Assembly (NCBI GenBank): GCA_021774445.1
Contig: JAJFJA010000056.1
Coordinates: forward strand, 18,347-82,346
Direction of reading: 5' to 3'
Length of the DNA stretch: 64,000 nucleotides
From: Alphaproteobacteria bacterium
GTDB lineage: Bacteria > Pseudomonadota > Alphaproteobacteria > UBA6615
In this document: in pieces, positions 1 to 10,156 of the stretch
How the letters are laid out: each line of letters opens with the position of its first letter
How positions within the stretch are numbered: the stretch's first letter is position 1
The notes under the pieces: generated by a model
The model's database searches: none
The model's input: only the letters and a program-made list of their open reading frames with translations
Told to the model about the DNA's origin: nothing
Position numbers and translations under genes: made by a program

Positions 1-123
1 TGGCGGTGTGCCAGGCGGGCTGTGCGGACGCCATCGCGTGCGCCGGTGTGCTGCACTATGAAATGTCTTCGGTGCCCGAGTTGAAGCGCTGCGTCGGCGA
101 CGCCGGCTTTGAGGTGCGTCCAT
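1..123 (+). CDS. Partial (C-terminal) HisF-like imidazole glycerol phosphate synthase cyclase subunit paralog (WbuZ-type, glycan-associated)
   Basis: Frame ending in TGA at 121-123 translates ...ACAIACAGVLHYEMSSVPELKRCVGDAGFEVRP, which matches the HisF C-terminus. It lies directly upstream of the HisH-like and PseA-like genes. Confidence 0.5.
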
Positions 124-766
124 GATTGCCGTGGTCGACTATGATCGCGGCAACCTATTTAGCATCGCGCGGTCGCTCGCCCATGTCGGTGCGCCGTTCA
201 CGGTCACGCAGGATGGGGCGGAGATCCGTGCGGCGGATGGGATCATACTGCCCGGCGTCGGGGCGTTTGCCGACGCGATGGCGGCACTGAGGAGCCGCGA
301 CTTGGTTGAGACGTTGCGCGACGTTGCCGCGATCGGGACGCCGATGCTGGGCATCTGCCTCGGCATGCAGTTGCTGTTCAGTCGCAGCCAGGAATTCGGT
401 GAGACCAAAGGGCTCGATATTATTCGCGGCGAGGTGCGCAAGCTGCCGACGCAACGAGGCGGGATGCGCATTCCAAATGTGGGGTGGCGAAAATTGGATC
501 AGGCGCGGCCAGATCCGCTCTTGGAGACCGGTGAGCCGGCGCCGATGTTCTATTTCGTTCATTCGTTCGTGGCGTTCCCCGAGGATCGGGACAGAAGCGT
601 GGCGACCTTGCGGATCAATGGCTTGGATGCGGCGGTGATGGTCCGGCAAGGTGCCGTGGTTGGATGCCAATTTCACCCGGAGAAGAGCGGTCCGGCGGGG
701 CTCGCGTTGCTGCAGCGCTTTGCGGCGTTGCTCGGCGGGCAAAAGGGTGCCGTACGGGCGGCCTGA
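122..766 (+). CDS. hisH: HisH-like glutamine amidotransferase (imidazole glycerol phosphate synthase subunit H paralog, WbuY-type) partnered with a sugar amidotransferase
   Basis: 214 aa with class-I GATase motifs (GICLGMQLL catalytic Cys, HPE at the C-terminal end). ATGA overlap with the upstream hisF-like gene. Confidence 0.8.
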   Translation: MIAVVDYDRGNLFSIARSLAHVGAPFTVTQDGAEIRAADGIILPGVGAFADAMAALRSRDLVETLRDVAAIGTPMLGICLGMQLLFSRSQEFGETKGLDIIRGEVRKLPTQRGGMRIPNVGWRKLDQARPDPLLETGEPAPMFYFVHSFVAFPEDRDRSVATLRINGLDAAVMVRQGAVVGCQFHPEKSGPAGLALLQRFAALLGGQKGAVRAA

Positions 767-880
767 CCGTCTTAGTTCATCAAACATTAAGCATGATTCA
801 CCTAACTTGGGTGGCAAGTCCCACGGGTCACGGATAGCGCCCGCGGGGTTCGCCAGAAGCAACCGGTTGGGCCGCAATTC

Positions 881-2167
881 ATGTCGAACAAGATCGTTGA
901 AATCGATGGTAAGACTTTTGTCGAGGATCCGGACGATGGGCTCCTCGCGGTTGAGTACGGCCTGCCACCGAATGTCGAATTCTGTGAAAAATGCATTATC
1001 TCCAACCAGCGTGTCTCGCCTTCGGTGGTGACCAAGGACAAGCGGCATTCGAAGAAGGACACGATCCCGTTTCATGACGGCGTCTGCCAAGCCTGTCGGG
1101 TGGTGGCCAAGAAGGAGGAGATCGACTGGGAGGAGCGTGAACGCGGGCTAATCGCGCTGCTGGACCGTTTTCGGTCCCAAAACGGCTCGTATGATTGCCT
1201 GGTCCCGGGTTCCGGCGGGAAAGACTCGGTCTATCAATCTCATATTCTAAAAACCAAATACGGCATGAATCCGCTGACGGTGACGTGGGCGCCGCATATG
1301 TACACGGACGTCGGTTGGCGCAACTTCACCAATTGGATCCAGTTGGCCGGGCATGACAATTTCCTGTTTACGCCGGACGGCGTCGTCCATCGCAAGCTAG
1401 CTGAGCTGGCCTATCGGAACCTGTTGCATCCGTTCCAGCCCTTTGTCTACGGCCAGCGCCATTTCCCCATGCGGATGGCCAAGCGTATGGGGATTCCACT
1501 CATCTTCTACGGCGAGTGTCATGCGGAGTATGGCGCAACCGAGGGTGAGGACGAGGACTCATTGTTTCACCCGCGATATCTGACCGGCGACCCGGATGGA
1601 GATATTTTTATCAGCGGTCTGCCGATCGACGATCTTGCACAGCATGGGATCAATCGTGGGCAGTTGCAGGAATATATGCCGTTGGCTGCCGGTGAGGTCG
1701 AGGAAAGAGGGATTGAGGCCCACTTCCTGGGCTACTTCCTGAAATGGATTCCGCAGCAGAACTACTATTATGCCGTCGAGCACATGAATTTCGAACCGAA
1801 TACGCAGCGTACCGAGGGGTCGTACACGAAATACAACTCGCTTGATGACAAATTGGACGGCTTTCACTACTGGACCAGCCTGGTCAAGTTTGGGGTTGGG
1901 CGTTGCACGCATGAAGCGGGTCAAGAGCTGCGGCACGGCCATATCACGCGGGAAGAGGCGGTGGCGCTGGTGCATAAATACGACAGCGAATTCCCGCAGC
2001 GTTATTTCCAGGACGTGCTGGAATATTTGAGCATGGATAAGGACGAGTTCTTCGAAATAGCGGATAGCTTCCGTTCACCCCACCTGTGGCGAAAGACCGG
2101 CAATGGCTGGGTGCTGCGGCATGAGGTTCAGCAGCATCCCGACGTGCTCACCCGTGCCGTGGGGTGA
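881..2167 (+). CDS. pseA: N-acetyl sugar amidotransferase (PseA/WbuX family, PP-loop ATP pyrophosphatase); flagellin/LPS sugar acetamidino modification
   Basis: 428 aa with the PP-loop SGGKDS motif (LVPGSGGKDSVYQ). Length and context with the hisH/hisF-like pair are typical of acetamidino-sugar amidotransferases. Confidence 0.75.
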   Translation: MSNKIVEIDGKTFVEDPDDGLLAVEYGLPPNVEFCEKCIISNQRVSPSVVTKDKRHSKKDTIPFHDGVCQACRVVAKKEEIDWEERERGLIALLDRFRSQNGSYDCLVPGSGGKDSVYQSHILKTKYGMNPLTVTWAPHMYTDVGWRNFTNWIQLAGHDNFLFTPDGVVHRKLAELAYRNLLHPFQPFVYGQRHFPMRMAKRMGIPLIFYGECHAEYGATEGEDEDSLFHPRYLTGDPDGDIFISGLPIDDLAQHGINRGQLQEYMPLAAGEVEERGIEAHFLGYFLKWIPQQNYYYAVEHMNFEPNTQRTEGSYTKYNSLDDKLDGFHYWTSLVKFGVGRCTHEAGQELRHGHITREEAVALVHKYDSEFPQRYFQDVLEYLSMDKDEFFEIADSFRSPHLWRKTGNGWVLRHEVQQHPDVLTRAVG

Positions 2168-2930
2168 GCGTCAGGCCAGTGATTTTGGCAGCGTAATGTT
2201 GCGGTAGCCGCCGGCTGCCTTCTTTGCGCGCGACAGCGCGAAGTGTGTGCCAGTTTGCGTCGAGGAACTCAACAACGCGCGCCGGATCGCGGGCGCCGAG
2301 CGTGCGTAACCACCAGCCAATGGCCTTCTGGATAAACCATTCGGGGTCGTCGGCGTATTTCTCAGCCCAGCCCAACATACGTTCGGGATCTTTGCCCGGT
2401 GTCTTCGCCCAGGGCAGGGTGAAAATAAGAGCGGCGCGGCGAACCCAAAAATCTTTGTGGTTGGTCCATGGCTCGACGTCGTCCAACCGTTTCGGATCGT
2501 CGAGCAGGCATTTCCATGCCACGCGGGCGAGATTGTCTTCCAGGGCCCAGCCGTCGAGATCTTTCATCGAAGACAAGACCTGACGCCAAAGGCGCGGCGT
2601 CGGCGGGATGCGACGATGGGCCAGCAGGCGCGTTGCCGCGATCATGCAGTCCCAGACGCCGGAACGCCAGAGTTGCTCCGCAAGGCCGGAGATTTCCTGC
2701 TCCGAGAGCCGGCGGGCGAAAGACCTGACCACCTTGTCCACAAGCGGCGCCTTGACGCCCCAGTGGACGCGGCTTGATTTGTGATAGCGAACATCGAAGG
2801 CCGCGCGCTCCGCATCGGCGTGGGCCCTCATGGCAGTCTCGAATGCAACGACCTGGTCCATGACTACGGCCGTGCCCAGCTCGTCCACGAGTGGTGCCGA
2901 TCGTGGGCCTGGGGCGGGGGATTTAAGCAA
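2148..2930 (-). CDS. DNA alkylation repair (AlkD-like HEAT-repeat) family protein
   Basis: 260 aa containing FWVRRAALIF and WWLRTL motifs, which match the PF08713/AlkD-like repeat architecture. Confidence 0.55.
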   Translation of the reverse strand: MLKSPAPGPRSAPLVDELGTAVVMDQVVAFETAMRAHADAERAAFDVRYHKSSRVHWGVKAPLVDKVVRSFARRLSEQEISGLAEQLWRSGVWDCMIAATRLLAHRRIPPTPRLWRQVLSSMKDLDGWALEDNLARVAWKCLLDDPKRLDDVEPWTNHKDFWVRRAALIFTLPWAKTPGKDPERMLGWAEKYADDPEWFIQKAIGWWLRTLGARDPARVVEFLDANWHTLRAVARKEGSRRLPQHYAAKITGLTLTPRHG

Positions 2931-3092
2931 ATCTCAACCATGATTGGCGAATATCAGATCGACCGTCGTGGGCCGGGAAGTCGTCTTGGCGTGCGCGGGC
3001 GATATTGTACCGCCGCTAAGGGCGTCTGGCAGTCTGTTTTTGTGTTCGGGGGCGACGGGCCCGGTCGCCCTACACTGGAGCATGGTTCTTTG

Positions 3093-5135
3093 ATGATGGA
3101 TTCACCCCTAGACGCTCTGCCGTCGGTTGAGGTTCCAGCGGCTCCCGCCAGTATGTCAGCGCTGCCGGATAACCCGCAATTCGCGGCCAATATCGCTGCC
3201 TTCGAGACTCATGCACCCGATCTTCACGCGCAGCTTTCGCGCCTGACGGAACCCCTGTCCGAGCTGTTGATCTTGCCGAATGGCGGCGTCGACATGTCAC
3301 TACAGGGACAGCTTTTCTATGGTGCGGACGCCGTCGAATTTGCAGAGGCGCAGTTACAGGCATTCCTGAGTAATCCGCAGCGGTTGTTCTTTAATGAACC
3401 CGATCCGGCGAACATCGAGGGCGTCGCCGGCGACTATTGCCGGGCGCTTTGCGGGCGAATGGAAGCCGCCAGGATCGGGCTGAATCGAGAGTCTGTCGGC
3501 AAGAACTCGCACTTTACCATCGTCTTTGGGGCCGGATTGGGGCTTCATATCGAGCCGCTGATCCGGCACACGGAATGCAAGGTACTTCTCATCGTCGATC
3601 CGACGCTGGAGAATATCTTCCACTCTCTCTCGGTTGTCGACTGGGCGGGGATATTTTCTGAAGCGGACGCCAGTGGCCGGGAGATTATATTCATTGTCGA
3701 AGATTCCGTTGACGCGATCATCGCGACAGCGCGGACCGCCATTCGGGCCCGCAATCCGGCGCTCTTGGACGGTATTTATGTCTACGCCCACTATCACAAT
3801 TCACTCCTGAAGGGCGCCCGGGAGCGATTTCAACAAGAGTTGTTTCTGCATCTGTCGGGACTCGGGTTCTTCGAGGACGAGTTACGGATGATGGCCAACT
3901 CCTGCTCCAATCTTGGCCACGGACAGACGATGGCCATTAATCGGCAGATGCCGGTTCATGAAACGCCCTTGTTCATCGTCGGCTCCGGCCCGTCGATCGA
4001 CAAGGACCTCGATTTCATCAAGGAAAATCGCGACCGAGCGATACTTATGAGTATTGGTTCCGGATTGCGGGGCTTGCTGGCCCATGGTGTCAAGCCCGAC
4101 TACCATGTTGAGCTGGAGAACGAATTCACCACGGCCTACATCATCGGGGTCGTGGCCGAGGAATTCGACCTCGCGGGCATTACATTGATCGGCTCCTACA
4201 CAATTCAAAAAAGAGTTGCCGACCGTTTCGACGAGACGCTGTTCTATTTCCGCGAACGGACCAGCTCGAGCATGCTTTTTGGCGATGGGTTTCAGCAGGT
4301 TTCTCCAGCCGGACCGACGGTGGCAAACTCGGCGCTCTCGGTGGCAATCCGGTTCGGCTTCAAAGACGTCTATCTGTTCGGGATGGACATGGGGTCGAAG
4401 GATCAGAGCCTGTATCATTCCAGCGGGTCGGTTTATGGCGCCGGGGTGTTGAGTGAGCTTGACCGTCCCGATACGCCCATTCCAGGCAATTTCGGCGGGA
4501 CGGCGTTCGCAGAGAATGTCCTTATCTGGTGCCGGCATTCGTTCGAGAACATGCTGCGGGCGCATCGCTATATGCGCTGCACAAATTGCAGCGATGGGGC
4601 GAGGATCGCCAATGCGATTCCCCGACTTACCCGGACAATCGAGTTGACCAACGAGCCGGTGGACCGCGAGGCGTTCAAACGGCAGATCCGCGATGGCATC
4701 AGCGTGTTTTCGGAGGGTAGACGCCGGCAATCCTGGTATCTGCCGTTGCGCCGCTCCGAGGTGCAGGTGGTCGTTGACGCAGCGCTTGCGTGCTTGGACC
4801 GAGCCGCCGCGCAGGATGATCCGGATCTTGAGTGGATGCATGAGCTGGCCACGCTCGTGCGCTATGATCTGGGTGGCGAGCGCAGCACGGCACTCGCGTT
4901 TTTCTACGGCACCGTTCTGCTCATGTTGGGCTGTAGCTGGTGGTATGATCGGCGTCTTGCCGAGGCCGATCGGCGGACGGATTTTCGCAAGGCGGTCATC
5001 GCCGAGCTTCGGGCTTCGTTCGAGGGGATGGATCAACGGCTTAAGCAGCTGTATCAGGAAATCGAAGACTATTTCAACGGCGAGCGCGAGGTGATCGAAG
5101 CGCCGCACGAGACTGACCGGCCTGACCTACATTAG
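3093..5135 (+). CDS. maf: Motility accessory factor Maf (DUF115/MptE-like domain), putative flagellin nonulosonic-acid glycosyltransferase
   Basis: Central region carries the DUF115 hallmarks LFIVGSGPSIDKDLDFIK and VYLFGMDMGS. The track ORF begins at 2781 and overlaps the divergent gene, so I chose the ATG pair at 3093 (MMDSPL...). Confidence 0.7.
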   Translation: MMDSPLDALPSVEVPAAPASMSALPDNPQFAANIAAFETHAPDLHAQLSRLTEPLSELLILPNGGVDMSLQGQLFYGADAVEFAEAQLQAFLSNPQRLFFNEPDPANIEGVAGDYCRALCGRMEAARIGLNRESVGKNSHFTIVFGAGLGLHIEPLIRHTECKVLLIVDPTLENIFHSLSVVDWAGIFSEADASGREIIFIVEDSVDAIIATARTAIRARNPALLDGIYVYAHYHNSLLKGARERFQQELFLHLSGLGFFEDELRMMANSCSNLGHGQTMAINRQMPVHETPLFIVGSGPSIDKDLDFIKENRDRAILMSIGSGLRGLLAHGVKPDYHVELENEFTTAYIIGVVAEEFDLAGITLIGSYTIQKRVADRFDETLFYFRERTSSSMLFGDGFQQVSPAGPTVANSALSVAIRFGFKDVYLFGMDMGSKDQSLYHSSGSVYGAGVLSELDRPDTPIPGNFGGTAFAENVLIWCRHSFENMLRAHRYMRCTNCSDGARIANAIPRLTRTIELTNEPVDREAFKRQIRDGISVFSEGRRRQSWYLPLRRSEVQVVVDAALACLDRAAAQDDPDLEWMHELATLVRYDLGGERSTALAFFYGTVLLMLGCSWWYDRRLAEADRRTDFRKAVIAELRASFEGMDQRLKQLYQEIEDYFNGEREVIEAPHETDRPDLH

Positions 5136-5197
5136 GGCGCGGGACGTTATCCAAGATTTTTCGGTGAGGTCGTGGTTTAGCGGTTGCGCCGGCAGCC

Positions 5198-7177
5198 CTA
5201 TTGGACGTGTCGTTGGGTCCAGATCTGCTGAAAAGCGGATTCAAGGGATCTGGCGGTGGCACGGACATCGGCGAGCGGTGAGGCTGATACCCGACCCCTA
5301 AGGGTTTCTCGCGTGTCCGCAAGTGTGGACAGATCCAGCGCTATCAGACGACCGGTGTGCGCCAAATCGGCGGCATCCTGGCAGACCCATTCGCGGCACT
5401 CGGCGTCGATCAGGGTTGCGGCGGTTAGGCGACCGGCGAAGTTGTCGCGCGGTACGGTCAGGACGGGGACACCCATCCACAGAGCGCGACATGTCTCCGT
5501 GATGCACCCGCGATGGGCAACATCGAGGGCGATGTCTACGTGGTGATAGAACTCAAATTCATTGCTGAAGTTCTCGGCGGGATTGACGATGTCGATCCGA
5601 TCGCGCAGGCCGAGATGGGAGAAGGCTTCGTAGGTGCGAAGGACGCAGGTCTCGTCCAGTTCATGGCGGTTGTTGATGATGAGGCGCGCGTTGGGGATGG
5701 ATAGGAGCAACGGTCTCAGGGTGGCCGCAACATTGGTGTCGATTGCCGCAAGGTCGGCAACAATGCCGAAACTGACGTAGCCGAGGGCTGAGGCCGGCAG
5801 GGTATTGACCTCCGGCAGAATCGCCGGTGGGGCGTAACACGCCAAGGGGCCGCTGAGGTGGTGGACACGGCCGCCGCAAGTCGGCGGGACCTCCGGATCC
5901 GGCCAGGAGGCGGGCGTTGCGAGGAAATAGTCGTTGCCGACAGGGTGATCGTAGCCGAGCCAATTTGCGGTGGCCGGCACGGTGCTGCGGGCCAACGTCA
6001 ACAACCTGCAGCCGTCGCCATGGCCGGTAAGATCGACAGCGACGTCGATGGCGTCGCCGCGCAGGATCTCGGCGGCGGTTTCGTCGTCGACATCGACGAG
6101 ATCGGTCCAGCGGTCCGACAGGTGATTGATACGCTCGGATATCAAGTCGGATTGCTTGCCGTCGCTATAACAATAGATCTCGATCCGAGACCTATCATGG
6201 ACATCGAGGATCGGCGTCAGTAGGCGCGTGAGATCGTTGTCATGGAACTGGCCGCAGAAATATCCGACACGTAAGCGCCGATCTGTCTTGTCGGCGCTTG
6301 CCGACGGCGCCACCGGGCGGGCGAGGGAGGCCTTGCCGGTAAGGGGGGCGGCATGATCATGCCGCCATTCGGCATGGGCGCGCGCGACGTCCACACTGGA
6401 GGCGTTGGCGCTGCGGATCAGGTCTTGGAGGCGGCGGGAGCCAAGTTTGGCGTCCTGCGGTGCCATGGAGAGCACCGCGTTGTGGCAGGCCTGCGCTTCG
6501 TCGAAGCGCCCGGCGGTGGTCAGTGCGGCGGCGACCTCGGAGAGATCTTCGGGTGTCTGGTCGTGGCCATGCAGTAGGGCATGGCCGGCGGCGATAGCGC
6601 GTTCGACTTGGCCGGCGGCCCGAGATGCGCGGGCCAAAAGGCGCAGGGTGGCCGGATCGCCCGGGCTGATGTTCAGCTGCTTCTGGCAGGCCTCGATCGC
6701 GTCGTTCGGACGACGCTCGATGAGGAAGCGCTCGGCCCGATGGCGATAGAGATGGGGTTTCGATTCCTCGAGATTGGTTAGAAAATTGCGAAACTCGGCC
6801 GGCAGCAAGTCGGGGTATGTCGGGTGAGGCGGCTGAGTAGTCGCCAGTTTGGCATAGAAAAGACCTTCATTGACGTTGCCGACGCGGGCATAGGCCGCTG
6901 CCAGGGCCTGCGTGAAGTCACAGATATCCGGCTGTAGTTCGTGCGCTCGTTTGAGCAGAGGCAGGGCATGTGACGGCTCGTCCAGTTCAAAGCTGATAAG
7001 CCCGAGGACCAGAAATGCCTCGGCGCAGCCGGCTTCGGTCTTCAGCACGGTTTCGCAGGCAACGATGGCTTCTTCGACCCGCCCAGCCGCCAGGTGAGCC
7101 GTGGCTTGGTAGAGGGTCTCACGCAGAAATAAGGTCTTTCCGCCGGGGAGTGCCGCGTCGTCAATGTCGATGCTCAT
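5198..7177 (-). CDS. flmG: TPR-repeat protein with C-terminal GT41 (O-GlcNAc-transferase-like) glycosyltransferase domain; FlmG-like candidate flagellin glycosyltransferase
   Basis: 659 aa. The N-terminus has TPR repeats and the C-terminal roughly 350 aa resembles an OGT/SPINDLY-type GT-B domain (YFCGQFHDN, LWMGVPVLT). It sits between the Maf gene and the catabolic island. Confidence 0.65.
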   Translation of the reverse strand: MSIDIDDAALPGGKTLFLRETLYQATAHLAAGRVEEAIVACETVLKTEAGCAEAFLVLGLISFELDEPSHALPLLKRAHELQPDICDFTQALAAAYARVGNVNEGLFYAKLATTQPPHPTYPDLLPAEFRNFLTNLEESKPHLYRHRAERFLIERRPNDAIEACQKQLNISPGDPATLRLLARASRAAGQVERAIAAGHALLHGHDQTPEDLSEVAAALTTAGRFDEAQACHNAVLSMAPQDAKLGSRRLQDLIRSANASSVDVARAHAEWRHDHAAPLTGKASLARPVAPSASADKTDRRLRVGYFCGQFHDNDLTRLLTPILDVHDRSRIEIYCYSDGKQSDLISERINHLSDRWTDLVDVDDETAAEILRGDAIDVAVDLTGHGDGCRLLTLARSTVPATANWLGYDHPVGNDYFLATPASWPDPEVPPTCGGRVHHLSGPLACYAPPAILPEVNTLPASALGYVSFGIVADLAAIDTNVAATLRPLLLSIPNARLIINNRHELDETCVLRTYEAFSHLGLRDRIDIVNPAENFSNEFEFYHHVDIALDVAHRGCITETCRALWMGVPVLTVPRDNFAGRLTAATLIDAECREWVCQDAADLAHTGRLIALDLSTLADTRETLRGRVSASPLADVRATARSLESAFQQIWTQRHVQ

Positions 7178-7255
7178 GCCCCGACTTTAGGGCGTTATGC
7201 TTAACAGCGTATTACCGTCGTTATCGTACTAATTCAGTGCTTTAGCCCGGCTTTC

Positions 7256-8140
7256 TCAGTCCCCAAGGGGCTCGAACACGTCGCCCTCCAGAAGATTCAT
7301 TAGGTTATATTTCATGCGGCGCAGGTTCTGGAGAGCCGACTTGCCGAGGCAGTAGGCCAGACCGGTTGCGAGCAGATCGACCACAGCCATATAGGCGTAG
7401 CGTGACGCCGTCGGTGTCATGATGTCGGTCGTCTCAGGAATATGAATGGTAAGCGGGACGGTGCAGAGCTGGGAGAGGGCGGAGTCGGGCATGGTGATAC
7501 CAACGACCGGGACGCCGACCTGGGTGGCGATCTCGACACTTTGATTGACCTCCGCCGATCGTCCGGTAACGGATATGGCGATCACCGCGTCCTCCGGTCC
7601 CAAGGTGGAGGCGGCCATGCGCATGAGATAACCGTCGGAATATGCGGTGACGGCGAGACCCAGGCGGAAGAGCCGGTATTGGGCATCCTGGGCCACGGCG
7701 GTGGAGCCGCCACCGACACCGAAGATCATGATACGCTTGGCTTTCGCCAGGTAGGTGATCGCCCGTTCAACCTGCTCGGGATCGATCTGCCGTTCCACAC
7801 GATCGATGGCCTCGCGGGCTTTCTGCAGAATCGAGGCGCTGTAAGGCAGGGGAGAGCCTTCGCCGGTCGCGCCCGGCGGCTGTTGGAAATGACGGCTGTT
7901 GATGACGAGGCTTTGGGCTAGCTTGAACTTGAAATCCCGAACGCCCTCGCAGCCCAGGGTGCGGCAGAAGCGCGTCACCGTGGGTTCGCTGACCTCGGCG
8001 CGCTGAGCCAACTCGGAATTGCTGGCGTGAACGGCGAAGTCGACGTCGGCGAGAACGGCGTCAGCGACCCGTCGTTCGGCGGGGCGCAGGCTGCCCTTGG
8101 TCTCGCGCATATGGGAGATAATGTCTTGTACGGGATTCAT
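7256..8140 (-). CDS. RpiR/MurR-family transcriptional regulator (HTH_6 plus SIS domain)
   Basis: HTH (SNSELAQRAEVSEPTVTRFCRTLG) followed by a SIS domain (IMIFGVGGGSTAVAQDA). Start chosen at MNPVQDI (8138-8140) rather than the longer track ORF. Confidence 0.8.
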   Translation of the reverse strand: MNPVQDIISHMRETKGSLRPAERRVADAVLADVDFAVHASNSELAQRAEVSEPTVTRFCRTLGCEGVRDFKFKLAQSLVINSRHFQQPPGATGEGSPLPYSASILQKAREAIDRVERQIDPEQVERAITYLAKAKRIMIFGVGGGSTAVAQDAQYRLFRLGLAVTAYSDGYLMRMAASTLGPEDAVIAISVTGRSAEVNQSVEIATQVGVPVVGITMPDSALSQLCTVPLTIHIPETTDIMTPTASRYAYMAVVDLLATGLAYCLGKSALQNLRRMKYNLMNLLEGDVFEPLGD

Positions 8141-8379
8141 GGCTCGGTAATGTTGTCTCAAAGCATGGTGTGGTGTCGGTTGTGTCTTAGAGCAAAAATG
8201 TAGGAAAGTTACTAATAATCGCAAGAATTTTCCGTTGCATCAATGGAAGAGTCGACGGTAGTGGCCGACCTTTGGTTTGTGATGTAGGATATTTTCTTAA
8301 ATATGGGGAGCCGCAGCCGCTCGTGCGTGGCGCTGAGGACGGGTTGAATGTGTTATGTGCACGGGGTTCGTTTTCGGGG

Positions 8380-9213
8380 CTACTTGACGGCGCCCAGGGC
8401 GAGGCCGCGGACCAAGTAGCGTTGTAGCCAGCCGAAGATAATGGCGACGGGGACGGTTGCGAGTAGCGTCGCTCCCATGATGTGGTGCCACTCGACCGTG
8501 TAGCGGCCAGCGACCAGAGAGAAGATTTTGATGGGCAAGGTGTGGCTCTCCGCCGACCGTAGCATCGTCAAGGCGAGGACGAACTCGTTCCAGCTATTGA
8601 TGAAGGTGAAAATGGCGGTAACGACCATGGCCGGCACGGCGAGGGGCAGGAAGACGATGATAACCGTGCGGAAGCGACTGGCGCCCTCCAACCAAGCGGC
8701 TTCCTCAAGATCGCGGGGGATCGTGGCAAAGTAGCTCTGCAACATCCACACGGCGAAGGCGATGTTGAAAGCGGCGTAGATCATCACCAGGACATTCACC
8801 GAGTCCAGCAGGCCGACCGCGACGGAGAGGCGGAATAGGCCGAGGACAAGAACGATCGGGGACAGCATTTGGGTGATCAACAGGAATTGGCGGTAAGCGC
8901 CCTTGCCCTTGAATTCAAAACGCGACAGGGCATAGGCCGCCGGCACGGCGACGATCAGGGCGCCGAGCGTCGATGCGGTGCTGACATAAAGACTGTTGAG
9001 CAAAGCGCGGCCGAAGCCGGTCACCTGCCACATTTCAACGAAATTGGCCCAACGAATGGTACTTGGTAGCCACGCCGTGGGCGTCGCGAGGACCTCGTCG
9101 GCAGGTTTCACCGCCGTGAAGAACATGACCGCGAACGGGAACAGGATCACCACCATAAGCGGTGACAGCACGAGCCAACTGATAATACTTCGCCTAGCGC
9201 GTTTGCTCATCAC
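8380..9213 (-). CDS. Carbohydrate ABC transporter permease (MalG/UgpE-like, CUT1)
   Basis: 277 aa with six TM segments and an EAA motif ([16 protein letters not shown]). Confidence 0.85.
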   Translation of the reverse strand: MMSKRARRSIISWLVLSPLMVVILFPFAVMFFTAVKPADEVLATPTAWLPSTIRWANFVEMWQVTGFGRALLNSLYVSTASTLGALIVAVPAAYALSRFEFKGKGAYRQFLLITQMLSPIVLVLGLFRLSVAVGLLDSVNVLVMIYAAFNIAFAVWMLQSYFATIPRDLEEAAWLEGASRFRTVIIVFLPLAVPAMVVTAIFTFINSWNEFVLALTMLRSAESHTLPIKIFSLVAGRYTVEWHHIMGATLLATVPVAIIFGWLQRYLVRGLALGAVK

Positions 9214-10066
9214 GGATGACCATGCGGGTGTAGAGGAGAGTAATGGCGAGAAGAAGGGCGAACATGATGAGCGACACGACCGACGCCTCGCCCATCTTGC
9301 CGAAGCGGAAGGCCAGCTTATAGAGGTAGGTGACCAGGATGTCGGTCTGGTTGGCCGGGCCGCCTTGGGTCAGGACCCAGATGATGGGGAAGGAATTGAA
9401 GACGTAGATTACGTTCAAGACCAGCGCGATGTTGATGAAAGGGCGCATCAGGGGCAACGTCAGCGTGCGGAGCTGCTGCCAGGGACTGGCGCCGTCGACG
9501 CGCGCGGCCTCGTAGATATCGGCGGGTATCGACGACAGGCCGCCGAGGAATACCGTCACGGCGAACGGGATCGAAACCAAGATGCCGATAGCGATCTGCA
9601 TGGGAAATGCGGTGGCGCCGGAGGCGAGCCAGACAATGGGTTCGCCGATGATGCCAAGGTCCTGCAGGGTCTTGTTGAGGAGGCCGAACTGACCGTTCAG
9701 CGACCAGCGCCAAACAATGGCGGTCATGGTCAGAGAGACCGACCAGGGCAACATGATGATAACCCGCGCGAGGCCGCGCCCAGCAAAATCCTCGTTGAGG
9801 ATGAGGGCGATGGGGAATGAGAGCAAGATGGTGCCGCCGACGACACCAACGGTCCAAAGGACCGTGCGCCATAGAGACTGATAGAACAGGCTATCGTCGA
9901 GGACGGCGAGCAGATTTTCGAAACCGCTAAAGTAACGGATCTGGCCGAAGCGGTTGACGTTGTGGGTGGCGAGCTGGCTCAAGTCCCACAGTGGGAACAA
10001 GATAATAAACGCCGCGAGAAAGAAGCTGGGGAGGATCAGATAGGCCGGAGCCAGTCGCGATGACAT
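9194..10066 (-). CDS. Carbohydrate ABC transporter permease (MalF/UgpA-like, CUT1)
   Basis: 290-aa polytopic permease with an EAA-like loop ([21 protein letters not shown]). It overlaps the downstream permease by 20 nt. Confidence 0.85.
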   Translation of the reverse strand: MSSRLAPAYLILPSFFLAAFIILFPLWDLSQLATHNVNRFGQIRYFSGFENLLAVLDDSLFYQSLWRTVLWTVGVVGGTILLSFPIALILNEDFAGRGLARVIIMLPWSVSLTMTAIVWRWSLNGQFGLLNKTLQDLGIIGEPIVWLASGATAFPMQIAIGILVSIPFAVTVFLGGLSSIPADIYEAARVDGASPWQQLRTLTLPLMRPFINIALVLNVIYVFNSFPIIWVLTQGGPANQTDILVTYLYKLAFRFGKMGEASVVSLIMFALLLAITLLYTRMVIRDEQTR

Positions 10067-10156
10067 GCGCTGCCAGTCTGTGGCGGTGGACCAATTTCAG
10101 CGTCGCTCGTGGGGGGCGTCTGCACGTCCCCCACGGCGATCATACAGGCTGTCGCG

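Noticed and set aside
155-1090. 311-aa minus-strand ORF overlapping the hisH-like and amidotransferase genes
   Set aside because: It is antisense to two well-supported genes with clear catalytic motifs, and the translation is Arg/Pro-rich, typical of a shadow ORF in high-GC DNA.
2781-3092. N-terminal 104 codons of the track's 784-aa Maf ORF
   Set aside because: This extension overlaps the divergent AlkD-like gene's 5' end, and its translation (…WAWGGGFKQ…) looks non-protein-like. The ATG pair at 3093 is the more plausible start. The ATG at 2940 cannot be excluded.
3882-5108. 408-aa minus-strand ORF inside the maf gene
   Set aside because: It lies entirely antisense to the DUF115/Maf coding region and has a low-complexity R/P/G-rich composition, so it is a shadow ORF.
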